64,000 nt of DNA from positions 171,503 to 235,502 of the forward strand of contig JBBFKW010000001.1 in the NCBI GenBank assembly GCA_037481835.1. The letters run 5' to 3'. Source of the stretch: Desulfosoma sp. Its GTDB lineage: Bacteria > Desulfobacterota > Syntrophobacteria > Syntrophobacterales > DSM-9756. Of the stretch, positions 27,864 to 37,830 are shown one piece after another. Each line of letters opens with the position of its first letter. The first letter of the stretch is position 1. A program made the translations under genes and the position numbers. The notes under the pieces were generated by a model. It was not told where the DNA came from. It saw only the letters and a list, made by a program, of their open reading frames with translations, and searched no databases.

Positions 27864-28934
27864 ATGAAGCTCAGCGAAAGAAACCAAAAAGTCCTGGAAG
27901 CCGTGGTGTCGGGATACATCCGAAGCGGAGAACCCGTGGGGTCTCGCACGGTATCCAAGCACTACGGCCTGAATGTGAGTTCGGCCACGATCCGAAACAT
28001 AATGGCGGATTTGGAAGACATGGGGCTCTTGCAGCAACCCCACACTTCCGCCGGCCGCATCCCGACGGACAAGGGCCTTCGGCTGTACTTGGATTCCATC
28101 CTGAAGATCCGCGAACTGGAGAAACGCCAGCAGGCGCTCATTCGCAAAGCGTTCGCATCGGGACGGGTGGACATCGAGGAACTCCTGCGGCGGACCAGCC
28201 AGGTGCTCTCGCGCTTCTGCCGCCAGGCGGGCATCGTGCTCTGGCCGAGGCTCAGCGCCACCCGCTTCAAGCATATCGAATTTGTGCGGCTTCGAGCGCA
28301 TCAGATCCTGGTCATTTTGATCACGGCCTCGGGTCTGGTCCAACACACCCTTGTGGAATGGGACGAGGACATTCCCCAAGACAGCCTGGACAAGTATTCG
28401 CGATACCTCAACGAAATCCTTCAAGACATTCCGCTGAGCCAAGTGAAAGACCGCATCCTCAAGGAAATGGAGGGGGAAAAGGCGCTCTTCGACCAGCTTT
28501 TCACCCGTGCCCTGGAGCTCAGTCGGCGGGCCTTACAGGATGCCTTGGAAAATACGGATGTGCACATTGAAGGGCACAAGCATCTGCTGAGCAATCCGGA
28601 ATTCGCCGACGTGGAGAGGATGCGGCGCATCCTGGAAGCCTTCGAAGACAAATCGCGGATTGTCCGACTGCTGGATCGCGCCCTGGATCCGACAAGGCAG
28701 GTGCAAATCATCTTGGGGACGGAGAGCGACATCAGCGAACTGCACGAGATGAGCGTGGTGTCGTCCCCTTACGGACGCGGTGAAACGATCCTCGGCGTTT
28801 TGGGCGTCATCGGGCCGACCCGCATGGACTATTCGCACATTATTCCCGTGGTGACCTTTACCGCATCCCTGCTGAGCCAATTTCTCGAGGAGCCGGAAGA
28901 GGTCTCGTCCCCGCAAAAAACCAATCCTTCGTAA
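27864..28934 (+). CDS. hrcA: Heat-inducible transcription repressor HrcA
   Basis: EPVGS, SSATIRN, QPHTSAGRIPT, GVIGPTRMDY. Confidence 0.97.
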   Translation: MKLSERNQKVLEAVVSGYIRSGEPVGSRTVSKHYGLNVSSATIRNIMADLEDMGLLQQPHTSAGRIPTDKGLRLYLDSILKIRELEKRQQALIRKAFASGRVDIEELLRRTSQVLSRFCRQAGIVLWPRLSATRFKHIEFVRLRAHQILVILITASGLVQHTLVEWDEDIPQDSLDKYSRYLNEILQDIPLSQVKDRILKEMEGEKALFDQLFTRALELSRRALQDALENTDVHIEGHKHLLSNPEFADVERMRRILEAFEDKSRIVRLLDRALDPTRQVQIILGTESDISELHEMSVVSSPYGRGETILGVLGVIGPTRMDYSHIIPVVTFTASLLSQFLEEPEEVSSPQKTNPS

Positions 28935-29035
28935 AAATCATGGGCATTATGGAACCGTCGGGTGCTGACAAGCGCCGTGGTAATGATTAAGGAGATCGTG
29001 GGCTGTTACGGCGCGCACAGGGAGGTTGTGGTTTT

Positions 29036-29647
29036 ATGAGCGAAGAGAAAAAACCGGGTTCCCCCCAAGAACCCACGGTGAGTTTGGAAGAAGCGGATAC
29101 GCCGTCGGCCGAGGCGCCGTCGGCCGAGGAAACGCCGGCCGGCGATGATCTCGCGACCTTACTGGAACAAAAAGAAGCAGAGATTCAATCCCTGAAAGAT
29201 AAGCTTCTGCGCCAGGCGGCGGATATGGAAAACACCCGGAAGCGACTGGAACGGGACCGGGCCGAAGCCATCGCCTATGCCAACGAAAGCCTGATCCGGG
29301 AGCTCTTGGCCGTGGTGGACAATCTGGAACGAGCCATCCAGCATGCGGAACAAGACACGGACAAGCACACGCTGCTGGAAGGGGTCAAGATGACCCACAA
29401 GCATTTCTTGGACACCCTGGCCCGCTTCGGCTGCAGGCCTTTTGAATCCCAGGGCAAGGACTTCGACCCGTGTTTTCATGAAGCGATTCTCCAACAGGAA
29501 TCGGACGAGCACCCGTCCAACACGGTGATCCAGGAGTTCCAGAAGGGCTACACGCTTCACGACCGGCTCCTCAGACCGGCTCTGGTGGCCGTGAGCAAAG
29601 GGACACGGACGGCAACGTGTTCCCATGAATCGGAACGTCCCGCCTGA
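29036..29647 (+). CDS. grpE: Nucleotide exchange factor GrpE
   Basis: ADMENTRKR, DNLERA, FDPCFHEA, KGYTLHDRLLRPA. Confidence 0.96.
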   Translation: MSEEKKPGSPQEPTVSLEEADTPSAEAPSAEETPAGDDLATLLEQKEAEIQSLKDKLLRQAADMENTRKRLERDRAEAIAYANESLIRELLAVVDNLERAIQHAEQDTDKHTLLEGVKMTHKHFLDTLARFGCRPFESQGKDFDPCFHEAILQQESDEHPSNTVIQEFQKGYTLHDRLLRPALVAVSKGTRTATCSHESERPA

Positions 29648-29751
29648 GACCGCAGGGCGGCGGCACTCGACGGGTATGACACGAAAAGGGCATGGCATTC
29701 ATCCAAGCACGAGACAATTTTTATCGATCGTCCTTCAAGGAGGCTTAAGAA

Positions 29752-31659
29752 ATGGCGAAAATCATCGGGATTGATCTGGGCACAACCAACTCCGTTGTGG
29801 CCGTCATGGAAGGCAAAGAACCCAAAGTCCTCACCAATTCAGAAGGCGGGCGCACCACGCCGTCCATGGTGGCGTTCACCGACAGCGGCGAGCGCCTCGT
29901 AGGCCAGGTGGCCAAACGTCAAGCCATCACGAATCCGGAAAACACCGTCTTTGCGGTCAAACGCCTCATCGGTCGCAAGTTCCGCTCCAAGGAAGTCCAG
30001 CGCGACCTGGAAATCCTTCCGTATAAGATCGTGGAGGCGGCCAACGGGGACGCCCATATCCTCATCCGGGGCCGACAATACAGTCCTACGGAAATTTCCG
30101 CCTTCATACTCATGAAGATGAAGCAGACCGCCGAAGACTATCTGGGAGAAAAGGTGACCGATGCGGTCATCACCGTTCCCGCTTATTTCAACGACAGCCA
30201 GAGGCAGGCCACCAAGGACGCCGGGAAAATCGCCGGCTTAAACGTCCTTCGCATCATTAACGAACCGACGGCGGCGGCCCTGGCTTACGGCTTGGACAAG
30301 AAGAAAGACGAAAAGATCGCTGTCTTCGATTTGGGCGGGGGCACGTACGATATTTCCATCCTGGAAATCGGCGACGGGGTCTTCGAAGTCAAGGCCACCA
30401 ACGGAGACACCCACCTGGGCGGCGAAGACTTCGATCAGCGCATCATCGACTGGCTGGCGGACGAGTTCAGGAAAGACCAGGGCATCGACCTGCGCAACGA
30501 CAAGATGGCCCTCCAGCGCTTGAAGGAAGCCGCCGAAAAGGCCAAAATCGAACTGTCGTCCACCACGGAAACGGACATCAATCTCCCCTTCATCACGGCC
30601 GACGCCACCGGGCCCAAACATTTGACCATGAAGCTCACGCGAGCCAAGCTTGAGGCCTTGACCGAGGACCTCATCGAAAAGCTCGTGCCGCCCATGCGCC
30701 AGGCGCTCCAGGACGCGGGGCTCACGGCGGCGGACATCCACGAAGTCATCCTCGTCGGCGGCATGACCCGCATGCCGCGCGTGCAACAAAAGGTGCGCGA
30801 GTTCTTCGGAAAAGAACCCCACAAAGGCGTCAACCCGGACGAAGTGGTGGCCGTGGGTGCCGCCATCCAAGGGGCGGTGCTTTCCGGGGAAGTCAAAGAC
30901 GTTCTGTTGCTGGACGTCACGCCCCTGTCTTTGGGCATCGAAACCCTGGGCGGCGTCATGACCAAGCTCATTGAACGCAACACCACCATTCCGACGCGCA
31001 AGAGCCAGATCTTCTCCACCGCCACGGACAACCAGACGGCCGTCTCCATCCATGTGTTGCAAGGGGAACGGCCCATGGCCGCGGACAACAAGACCTTGGG
31101 CCGTTTCGACCTCGTGGGGATCCCGCCGGCACCCCGCGGTGTGCCGCAGATTGAAGTGACCTTCGACATCGACGCCAACGGCATCGTGCACGTGTCGGCC
31201 AAAGACTTGGCCACCGGAAAAGAACAGTCCATCCAGATTACCGCATCCAGCGGCCTGTCCCAGGAAGAGATCGAAAAGCTGGTCAAGGAAGCCGAGATGC
31301 ACGCCGAAGAAGACAAGCGGCGCCGCGAACTGGTGGACACCCGAAACCAGGCCGACGCGCTCATCTACAGCACCGAAAAGACGCTCAAGGACTTGGGCGA
31401 CAAGGTGGATGCGGCCACTCGGAGCCGGATCGACGCCCAGATTGAAAAGCTCCGTAAGGCCATGGAAGGCGACGACAAGCGCGCCATCGAAAAGGAAATG
31501 GAACAGCTCACCCAAGTTTCCCACAAGCTGGCCGAAGAAATGTACAAGAGGACGGCCGAACAACAGGCCCAAGCGGGGGCGGCCGGCGCAGGCGCTTCGG
31601 GGGCTAAGAAAGACGACGACGTGGTGGACGCGGATTTCGAAGAGGTCAAAGACAAGTAG
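29752..31659 (+). CDS. dnaK: Chaperone DnaK
   Basis: [35 protein letters not shown]. Confidence 0.99.
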   Translation: MAKIIGIDLGTTNSVVAVMEGKEPKVLTNSEGGRTTPSMVAFTDSGERLVGQVAKRQAITNPENTVFAVKRLIGRKFRSKEVQRDLEILPYKIVEAANGDAHILIRGRQYSPTEISAFILMKMKQTAEDYLGEKVTDAVITVPAYFNDSQRQATKDAGKIAGLNVLRIINEPTAAALAYGLDKKKDEKIAVFDLGGGTYDISILEIGDGVFEVKATNGDTHLGGEDFDQRIIDWLADEFRKDQGIDLRNDKMALQRLKEAAEKAKIELSSTTETDINLPFITADATGPKHLTMKLTRAKLEALTEDLIEKLVPPMRQALQDAGLTAADIHEVILVGGMTRMPRVQQKVREFFGKEPHKGVNPDEVVAVGAAIQGAVLSGEVKDVLLLDVTPLSLGIETLGGVMTKLIERNTTIPTRKSQIFSTATDNQTAVSIHVLQGERPMAADNKTLGRFDLVGIPPAPRGVPQIEVTFDIDANGIVHVSAKDLATGKEQSIQITASSGLSQEEIEKLVKEAEMHAEEDKRRRELVDTRNQADALIYSTEKTLKDLGDKVDAATRSRIDAQIEKLRKAMEGDDKRAIEKEMEQLTQVSHKLAEEMYKRTAEQQAQAGAAGAGASGAKKDDDVVDADFEEVKDK

Positions 31660-31723
31660 GAAAGACGACGGCCGAGCCCGGAAACACTTGCGGGCGAAGC
31701 CGTATTTTGGTAGGGGAGTGCGA

Positions 31724-31758
31724 CACAAGGGGCACGTGGAATCCACGTGCCCCTTGTG
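31724..31758. repeat. Perfect 17-bp inverted repeat downstream of dnaK
   Basis: CACAAGGGGCACGTGGA-A-TCCACGTGCCCCTTGTG. Confidence 0.8.
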
Positions 31759-31841
31759 CCATAGAAGATCCATAACCGACGGTCACCCCGCGGGGCGGTC
31801 CGCCGAGAAGCCCACGGTCTTTCCAACTGTAAAGGGACGGT

Positions 31842-33764
31842 ATGATTCCCCGAAGCGTACTGCGTCTTTTCACCTTGTTGATCCTGTGCACGTCTGTTCC
31901 GCTGGGTTGCGCCCCTCGGCAGCAGGTGCGCGTCATCATTCCCGAAAGCGTCTTTCACGAGCCGCCGCCTCCGGAGGCCCAAGCTCTGTGGAAACAAGCC
32001 GTTGCTTTACGCGAAGCCGGTCGCTTGGATGACGCTTTGGCGGTCTTCCAGCGCATCGCCAACTTCTTCCCTTCCAACGCCATCGCCCCGGCGGCCTTAA
32101 CCGCCCAAGGCGATATTTGGCTTCAGGCGCAAAACCCCAACGCCGCCCGAAAGGCCTATGAAGCGGCGCTCAAGGAGTTTCCCCAATGGCGCGAGGCCGT
32201 CACGGCGCGCATCGGCTTGCTCTCCGCGCGATGGATGGACGGCGAAAACCGGAAAAAACTTATCGAAGAGGCCCAATCCTTGTGGGACGCGACGGGGCCG
32301 CAACCTGCCTGGCGTCAAAGGCTCATTCGTCTTCTCGTGGGTCTGAACAGGGATTCGGGCAATTTGGATGCCGCCCTGTCGTGGATCGACAAGGGTTATG
32401 CCGCCCAACCGGGGCCCGAAGACCAAAAGCTCCTGGACCACGAAGCCTTCTCCCTTGCGCTGACCCTGGACGGGCCCTCCGTGGATCGGGCGCTCCAGGC
32501 TTCCACGTCCCAACGCTTGGTCCCGTTCTTGCTCTACCGGCAGATCCAGCTCAGGCCCCCTCAAGGACGACGCGACGCGCTGCTCAAATTGATGTCCCAG
32601 TACCCGCAGCATCCCGTGACGCGAAAGATCGAGGAAGAGCTTCGCGGCGTGATGGTGCCTTCAGGACCGGCCGACCCCAACCGCTTGGGATGCATGGTTC
32701 CCCTGAGTGGGCCGCACGCCCCTCACGGCCGCCGAGTGGTCAAAGGAGTGGCTCTTGCCTTAAGGCACTGGGAGAAAATGTATCGCGGCTCACCTGCCCG
32801 CCTCGTCTTGGCGGACACCCAAGCCAACCCGGATGTCACCGTCAACGCCTTGAACCATCTGGTGAATGACGAGCAAGTCCTGGCCGTGCTCGGGCCCTTG
32901 AGCCCCCGAAGCGCCGAGGCGATCATGCCTCTGGCCAACGAACATGGCATCCCGGTGATCAGCCTGACGGAAAAACGCCAGGTGAGCTCCCAAACCCCTT
33001 TCCTCCTCCACGCCTTCTTGGACCACCAGGACATGATCGGAACCCTGCTCACCTATTGCCGAAACGTTCTCGGGTATAAGAATTTCGGCATCCTCTATCC
33101 CGAAGAACCCTACGGGAAAGCCTTGAGGGAGATTTTCATCAAGAAAGTCCAGGAAACGGGAGGCACGCTTGTCGCCGATGTGCCCTACGCCTCAGGGATG
33201 ACCGACTTCAAAGGACCGATCCAGGCTCTCGCCCAACATGCCCCCAAGGACTCGGGATCCCCCGGGTCGGAGTCGTCTCTTGATGCGCTCTTCATCCCGG
33301 ATTCGGCCGAAACCATCGCCCTCATCGCCCCTCAGCTGCCTTATTACAACGTGGTCGGAGTGACCCTGCTGGGGACGAACCTGTGGGAAGAAAAATCGCT
33401 GCTCTCCGCGGGAGGCGTCTACCTGGAAGGGGCTCTTTTCCCTTCCGCTTTTCATCGGGACCCGTCCGGCATAACCGATCCGGTTCAGGAGGCGTTTCTC
33501 AAAGATTATCGCGAAACCTACGGGGAAGAACCCGACTTCCTGGCGGCTCAGGCTTACAGCGCCGCCTTGCTCGTTCTGAGCGCCCGGGAACAGCTCCTCA
33601 AGGAAGGCCAACCGGATCGGCTGCGCCTTCGCCAATGGCTCCTTCGGCTGGACCTCCCGAACGGTCCCTTGGGTCCCATGCGCTTTGCCCCCGACGGCCA
33701 CATGGAACGCACTTACCCGATCCTGCAGATCACGGGAGGATCCTTGGTCCGCGTCGACCGGTAG
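31842..33764 (+). CDS. LpoA/LppC-like lipoprotein (TPR repeats plus type-1 periplasmic binding fold)
   Basis: Signal peptide with LGC lipobox-like site, TPR-like N-terminus, VPLSG...VLGPL, DALFIPD, QLPYY..VTLLGTNLW. Confidence 0.75.
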   Translation: MIPRSVLRLFTLLILCTSVPLGCAPRQQVRVIIPESVFHEPPPPEAQALWKQAVALREAGRLDDALAVFQRIANFFPSNAIAPAALTAQGDIWLQAQNPNAARKAYEAALKEFPQWREAVTARIGLLSARWMDGENRKKLIEEAQSLWDATGPQPAWRQRLIRLLVGLNRDSGNLDAALSWIDKGYAAQPGPEDQKLLDHEAFSLALTLDGPSVDRALQASTSQRLVPFLLYRQIQLRPPQGRRDALLKLMSQYPQHPVTRKIEEELRGVMVPSGPADPNRLGCMVPLSGPHAPHGRRVVKGVALALRHWEKMYRGSPARLVLADTQANPDVTVNALNHLVNDEQVLAVLGPLSPRSAEAIMPLANEHGIPVISLTEKRQVSSQTPFLLHAFLDHQDMIGTLLTYCRNVLGYKNFGILYPEEPYGKALREIFIKKVQETGGTLVADVPYASGMTDFKGPIQALAQHAPKDSGSPGSESSLDALFIPDSAETIALIAPQLPYYNVVGVTLLGTNLWEEKSLLSAGGVYLEGALFPSAFHRDPSGITDPVQEAFLKDYRETYGEEPDFLAAQAYSAALLVLSAREQLLKEGQPDRLRLRQWLLRLDLPNGPLGPMRFAPDGHMERTYPILQITGGSLVRVDR

Positions 33765-34074
33765 GGGAAGGCGTGGGGTTTTGCCCTCGCCGCACCACAG
33801 CGGATCCCCCCGCCAGAACCTGACAGTCGGACACACGGAACGCCGCGTATCGCAGCACTTCTTCAATGCGGTTTATCGCACAAACACCTCCGTGGGGTTG
33901 CGAGGCTCATTCTGACGAACGGGAAGGACCTCGCTCCAGGAGCGTGGCCGATCATAAAAAATGGCGATTTTTTCCTGGGAACGCAGGCCTCCGGGCCGCT
34001 TGTGGGGTGGGCGAGACGCCCGAGTGCCCGGGAAAAAGCCATTCTCGGATGGCCGGAAAAATTCTTACGAAATC

Positions 34075-34106
34075 CGTAGGTTGGGGTGAGCCCAGCGAAC
34101 CCCAAC
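34075..34106 (+). repeat. GTAG-type REP-like palindrome, copy 2
   Basis: CGTAGGTTGGGGTGAGCCCAGCGAACCCCAAC; two differences from the 11331 copy, both in the loop. Confidence 0.7.
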
Positions 34107-34399
34107 AAAAATCCCACACGCACACACACAGACCCCGTGGCGGACACGCCAACCCCATAGCAAAAATGGCGACTCCACGGCGGCAGGCTCAGCCCCATTT
34201 CGCAGGAGCGGACCCCACCGCGGACGCGCCGCCCCGCACGTGCTTGCGCTCAGTCCATCGCAGGCACGGCGATCCCATGGTGGAAATGGCGCACACATAC
34301 CGGCGGGAGCGCTTCCTGCCTGTGGCGCCTCGTCCTGGATGTGCCCCGCGCGGCTCCATGGTGAACCGCGCGGGCGGGGAAGCCCCAAGCCTTTCCGTT

Positions 34400-35464
34400 T
34401 CAGTGGCCCGTATCCGTTACGCCGGCTTCGGCGAAGGTTTTGATGTCCCGAAGCACCCGTGCGGCGGCTTCCACCAGATGCATGGCCAAAGCCGCCCCCG
34501 TTCCTTCCCCCAGCCTCATGGACAAATCCAACAAAGGCGGAAGCCCCAGCAGCTCGATCATGGTCCCGTGGCCCACTTCCTGGCTGCGATGGGACACAAA
34601 GAGGTAATCCTTGGCGCGAGGAGCCAGGCGGCACGCAATGAGCGCTCCGGCCGTGGCGATAAAGCCGTCGCAAATGACCGGGACGCGCACGGCCGCCGCC
34701 CCCAGGACCGCCCCGGCCAGGCCAGCGATTTCATACCCCCCTACTTTTGCGAGCACGTCCACAGGGTCGCGAGGATCGGGCCGGTTGACGGCCAGGGCAG
34801 CCTCGACGGCTCTCACCTTCCGCGCCCACGCGGCATCGTCAATACCCGTTCCCCGGCCTGTGAGTTCCGCGGCGGGTTTTCCGCTGAAGGCCGCCACGAT
34901 GGCCGTTGAGGGCGTGGTGTTGGCAATGCCCATGTCCCCCGTGCCGATGAGCCGATACCCTTCCAGGGTGACGGCGTCCATGACCAGCCGGGCCCCCTCC
35001 ACCATCCCCCGGACGGCGTCCTGGCGGTCCATGGCCGGGCCCTTGGCGATGTTACGCGTCCCTTTGCCGATTTTCCGGCGCACCACGGCCCAGTCTTCCG
35101 GAAGATCCGATGCAACGCCGAAATCCGCCACGCGGACGGCCGCCCCTTCATGATCGGCCAAAACATTGATGGAGGCCCAGCCTTTCAAGAAGCTGTATAC
35201 CATCTGAGCGGTCACTTCCTGCGGATAGGCGCTCACCCCTTCTTCCGCCACGCCGTGGTCTCCGGCCATGGTGAAAATGATTTTCTTGGACACATCGGGG
35301 GCTAGGCTCCGTGTGATGGCACCCAAACGGGCCGCCATGTCTTCAAGGCGTCCGAGGGAACCCCGGGGTCGAATCTGAGAGCGCAGCCGCTCCCACGCCC
35401 GGGCTTCCCACAGAGCATCCGCCGGCTCTATGGCCTCAACCACGCTTTTCAGAACCTTTTCCAT
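34400..35464 (-). CDS. cobT: Nicotinate-nucleotide--dimethylbenzimidazole phosphoribosyltransferase
   Basis: GSLGRLE, AGDHGV, GDMGIANTT, TGRGTG, DGFI, MRLGEGTGA; GGAGG RBS. Confidence 0.95.
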   Translation of the reverse strand: MEKVLKSVVEAIEPADALWEARAWERLRSQIRPRGSLGRLEDMAARLGAITRSLAPDVSKKIIFTMAGDHGVAEEGVSAYPQEVTAQMVYSFLKGWASINVLADHEGAAVRVADFGVASDLPEDWAVVRRKIGKGTRNIAKGPAMDRQDAVRGMVEGARLVMDAVTLEGYRLIGTGDMGIANTTPSTAIVAAFSGKPAAELTGRGTGIDDAAWARKVRAVEAALAVNRPDPRDPVDVLAKVGGYEIAGLAGAVLGAAAVRVPVICDGFIATAGALIACRLAPRAKDYLFVSHRSQEVGHGTMIELLGLPPLLDLSMRLGEGTGAALAMHLVEAAARVLRDIKTFAEAGVTDTGH

Positions 35465-35497
35465 GATCGTCACCTCCTCATATTTCTCAGAGCCAAT

Positions 35498-35532
35498 AAA
35501 AAAGCCTTCGAGGCCCCACGACCTCGAAGGCT
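35498..35532 (-). terminator. Intrinsic terminator (riboswitch expression platform)
   Basis: AGCCTTCGAGG/CCTCGAAGGCT stem followed by T6 on the minus strand, between the aptamer and cobT. Confidence 0.8.
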
Positions 35533-35571
35533 TACCCGAAGGCACAGGTAAACGATCGGTCTGATCTTTAT

Positions 35572-35747
35572 CCGGATGGCAGGTCTTCTGACTCGCGGAT
35601 CACCTTACTGTCCGGCCCTTCCCGCACCCCTGGGAGAGAGTGCAGTGGATCTGCCGGATTTCATCCCCGCTCACAGCGCCGGCCCAGCGTGGCGGCTTTT
35701 CACCGCCTTCCCTATTCTCCCGCACAAGTGCGCGGGCACCATTCCGG
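35572..35747 (-). ncRNA. Cobalamin riboswitch
   Basis: Minus strand GGTGCCC...AATAGGGAAGGCGGTGAAAAGCCGCC...CTGTG...CCACTG...GGGAAGG...GAGTCAGAAGACCTGCC (B12 box) upstream of cobT. Confidence 0.93.
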
Positions 35748-35994
35748 ACATTCGGACGGCGCTCTTTCGCCGTCCTTAAAAGCGCTCACCTTCCTTCGAA
35801 AGACTCCTTAATCTCCTTTCCGCTCCTTTTCCCACCTTCACCAACCCAACCCCGTCCGGGAACGCCCATTCTCAGGGAAAGTTCCAAGGCCTTTTACCCT
35901 TTCTTTCCGTCGGAGGCGAAAACGCACGGGCACGGCGATGAACACCCTGTCAGGGAAAGCAGATGGGCAAAGACCTTCGAAAGGGCCTGGGGGC

Positions 35995-36270
35995 TCAGGC
36001 TTTCTTGGACGTCCGGCGCAAGAGCTTCAACGCTTTTTTCGTTTCCATGACCGGGACGATTTCCGCCACTCCCAGATCCGTCCACTGGAACACAGCCGCC
36101 GCCAAATGCGCTTCGTCTTCCGCCTCAAAGAGGCGAAACACCCGATGCCCCGTCACATCAAACCATTCCCCCTTCATGGCTGTGCCGGGCACTTCGGGGA
36201 GCTGTTCGGTGCGCTGGATCACGCGGTCGCGATCTTCCGGGGCATAACTGAAAATGGCCATGAACAGCAT
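35995..36270 (-). CDS. DUF3303-like small protein
   Basis: MLFMAIFSY...GEWFDVTG..VFRLFEA...W.DL...EIVPV; GGAGG RBS. Confidence 0.65.
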   Translation of the reverse strand: MLFMAIFSYAPEDRDRVIQRTEQLPEVPGTAMKGEWFDVTGHRVFRLFEAEDEAHLAAAVFQWTDLGVAEIVPVMETKKALKLLRRTSKKA

Positions 36271-36370
36271 CGTGTCGCCTCCCTCTGTGAGCGCTTGCAT
36301 CGTTATGGTTTTCGCGAAGTATAGCCCAACAGGTTCTCGCTCTGTCAAGGTCCGTTTTGCCTGAAAAGCC

Positions 36371-36400
36371 TTGACGCCTTCCGAAGGGTCTCACTATAAT
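36371..36400 (+). promoter_or_regulatory. Sigma70 promoter of the cytochrome c3 gene
   Basis: TTGACG-18 nt-TATAAT. Confidence 0.7.
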
Positions 36401-36405
36401 CGGGG

Positions 36406-36423
36406 GCGTGAAGAGAATCACAA
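36406..36423. promoter_or_regulatory. Putative Rex operator
   Basis: GCGTGAAGAGAATCACAA versus consensus TTGTGAA-N4-TTCACAA, at the predicted transcription start. Confidence 0.45.
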
Positions 36424-36455
36424 GTTGAACCCTAGGTCGGAGAGGAGGTGACACG

Positions 36456-36905
36456 GTGAAACGAAGGAACTGGATTGTCCCGTCGGTTTTTGTCGCGGTC
36501 GCTCTGTTCGTGGGAACCCTCATCGCCGTCGCGGCGGACGCCCCTGACGTGATTACGATGAATTCCACCCTGTGGCCGCAACACACCAAGGCCAACGTGC
36601 AGTTTACGCACAAGAAGCACGCGGAGGATTACAAGATCGCGTGCGCCGACTGCCATCACAAGTACGAAGGGGGCAAGAACGTCTGGAAACAAGGCGATCC
36701 CGTCCAGAAGTGTCAGGCATGCCACAACGAGCCGACCATCGAGGGCGAGAAGAAGCTGCCCCCTGAGCAGCAAAAGCTCAATCTCAAGCTGGCCATGCAC
36801 ACCAACTGCCAGGAATGCCACAAGAAGCTGAAAGCCCAGAACCCCCAGAGCGCTGCCCCCACCACCTGCGTGCAGTGCCATCCGAAGAAGGAAGGCCAGG
36901 GCTGA
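36456..36905 (+). CDS. Tetraheme cytochrome c3 (class III), periplasmic
   Basis: Signal peptide; four CxxCH motifs (CADCH, CQACH, CQECH, CVQCH); F.H..H distal ligand motif. Confidence 0.93.
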   Translation: MKRRNWIVPSVFVAVALFVGTLIAVAADAPDVITMNSTLWPQHTKANVQFTHKKHAEDYKIACADCHHKYEGGKNVWKQGDPVQKCQACHNEPTIEGEKKLPPEQQKLNLKLAMHTNCQECHKKLKAQNPQSAAPTTCVQCHPKKEGQG

Positions 36906-36923
36906 AAGGGATCTTTCTGATGC

Positions 36924-36958
36924 AAAAAAACCCAGGAGAGAATCTCCTGGGTTTTTTT
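36924..36958. terminator. Bidirectional intrinsic terminator
   Basis: A7-CCCAGGAGA-GAA-TCTCCTGGG-T7 between the convergent c3 and ferredoxin genes. Confidence 0.9.
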
Positions 36959-36998
36959 GTGCGTTCGCGCCTGCTTGTGTTTGCTACGGAATGGAACT

Positions 36999-37184
36999 CT
37001 AGACCTCTTCCACCGTGATCGCGTCGCTTTCGCACACTTCCACGCAGCTTTCACAGCCGAGGCATTCATCCTCATTGACGGGCTCGGCCTTGCCGTCCAC
37101 CAGTTCGTAGACGTCCACCGGGCACACATCCACACATTCGCCGTCGCCGGTGCATTTGTTCTTGTCCACCGTCACCTTAAACAT
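36999..37184 (-). CDS. Dicluster ferredoxin (61 aa)
   Basis: CTGDGECVDVCP and CLGCESCVEVC motifs; AGGAGG RBS. Confidence 0.92.
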   Translation of the reverse strand: MFKVTVDKNKCTGDGECVDVCPVDVYELVDGKAEPVNEDECLGCESCVEVCESDAITVEEV

Positions 37185-37470
37185 TGCTCTTCTTCCTCCT
37201 CATGTGATCATTTGGACTCCGGGTGGCAGGCCGATGACCCGCCTTTGCCGTTCGCCTTGTGCCGTCAAGGCGTTTACTGGCAGGTCGAGGCAAAGTCAAG
37301 AAAAAAGGCGCCGTCTCTTCCGCCTTTTCCCCAGATGGGGAGTTCGTGATTCTTTTCTCATGGCCCCCGCCGAAAAAGGCCTGCCGTCCGTCCCTCAAGG
37401 TCCTTATGGCGCGCTTCGCGCGACCAACCCTGGGAGGAGGGGTACCCCTCCCGGGGTTGGCTTCGTCCGC

Positions 37471-37788
37471 TTAGACGCACCCCGTCGGTTTCGGCAGGCC
37501 CGCCATCTTACACGCACCCTTGCCCGGTCCGCTCGGGAACAGCTCGTAGATGTATTTGAGCTTATAGCCGGTCACCTTGGTGAGGATCCGGACCATGGGA
37601 GCGATCCCGTGCTTGCGATAGTAATCCTGAAGCACATGGATGATTTTCCAGTGTTCCTCCGTGAGTTCCTGGATCCCTTCGGACTCTTTGACATACTCCA
37701 CCCACTCGGGGCACCAGTTGTCAAAGCTGTCGATGAACCCATCTTCGTCGAGGTTGAACACCTTGCCCTTGTATTCGACCTGTGCCAT
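37471..37788 (-). CDS. dsrC: Sulfite reductase partner / sulfur relay protein DsrC
   Basis: LDEDGF, ELFPSGPGKGACKMAGLPKPTGCV with both C-terminal cysteines. Confidence 0.96.
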   Translation of the reverse strand: MAQVEYKGKVFNLDEDGFIDSFDNWCPEWVEYVKESEGIQELTEEHWKIIHVLQDYYRKHGIAPMVRILTKVTGYKLKYIYELFPSGPGKGACKMAGLPKPTGCV

Positions 37789-37830
37789 GGAAACATCCTC
37801 CTTTTGTTTTTAATCTTCCGTAGACGATCG

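Noticed and set aside
33765..34399. CRISPR array, or the 347-aa ORF 33866-34909
   Set aside because: The repeats are degenerate and irregular and there are no cas genes; the ORF overlaps cobT in antisense and has low-complexity composition
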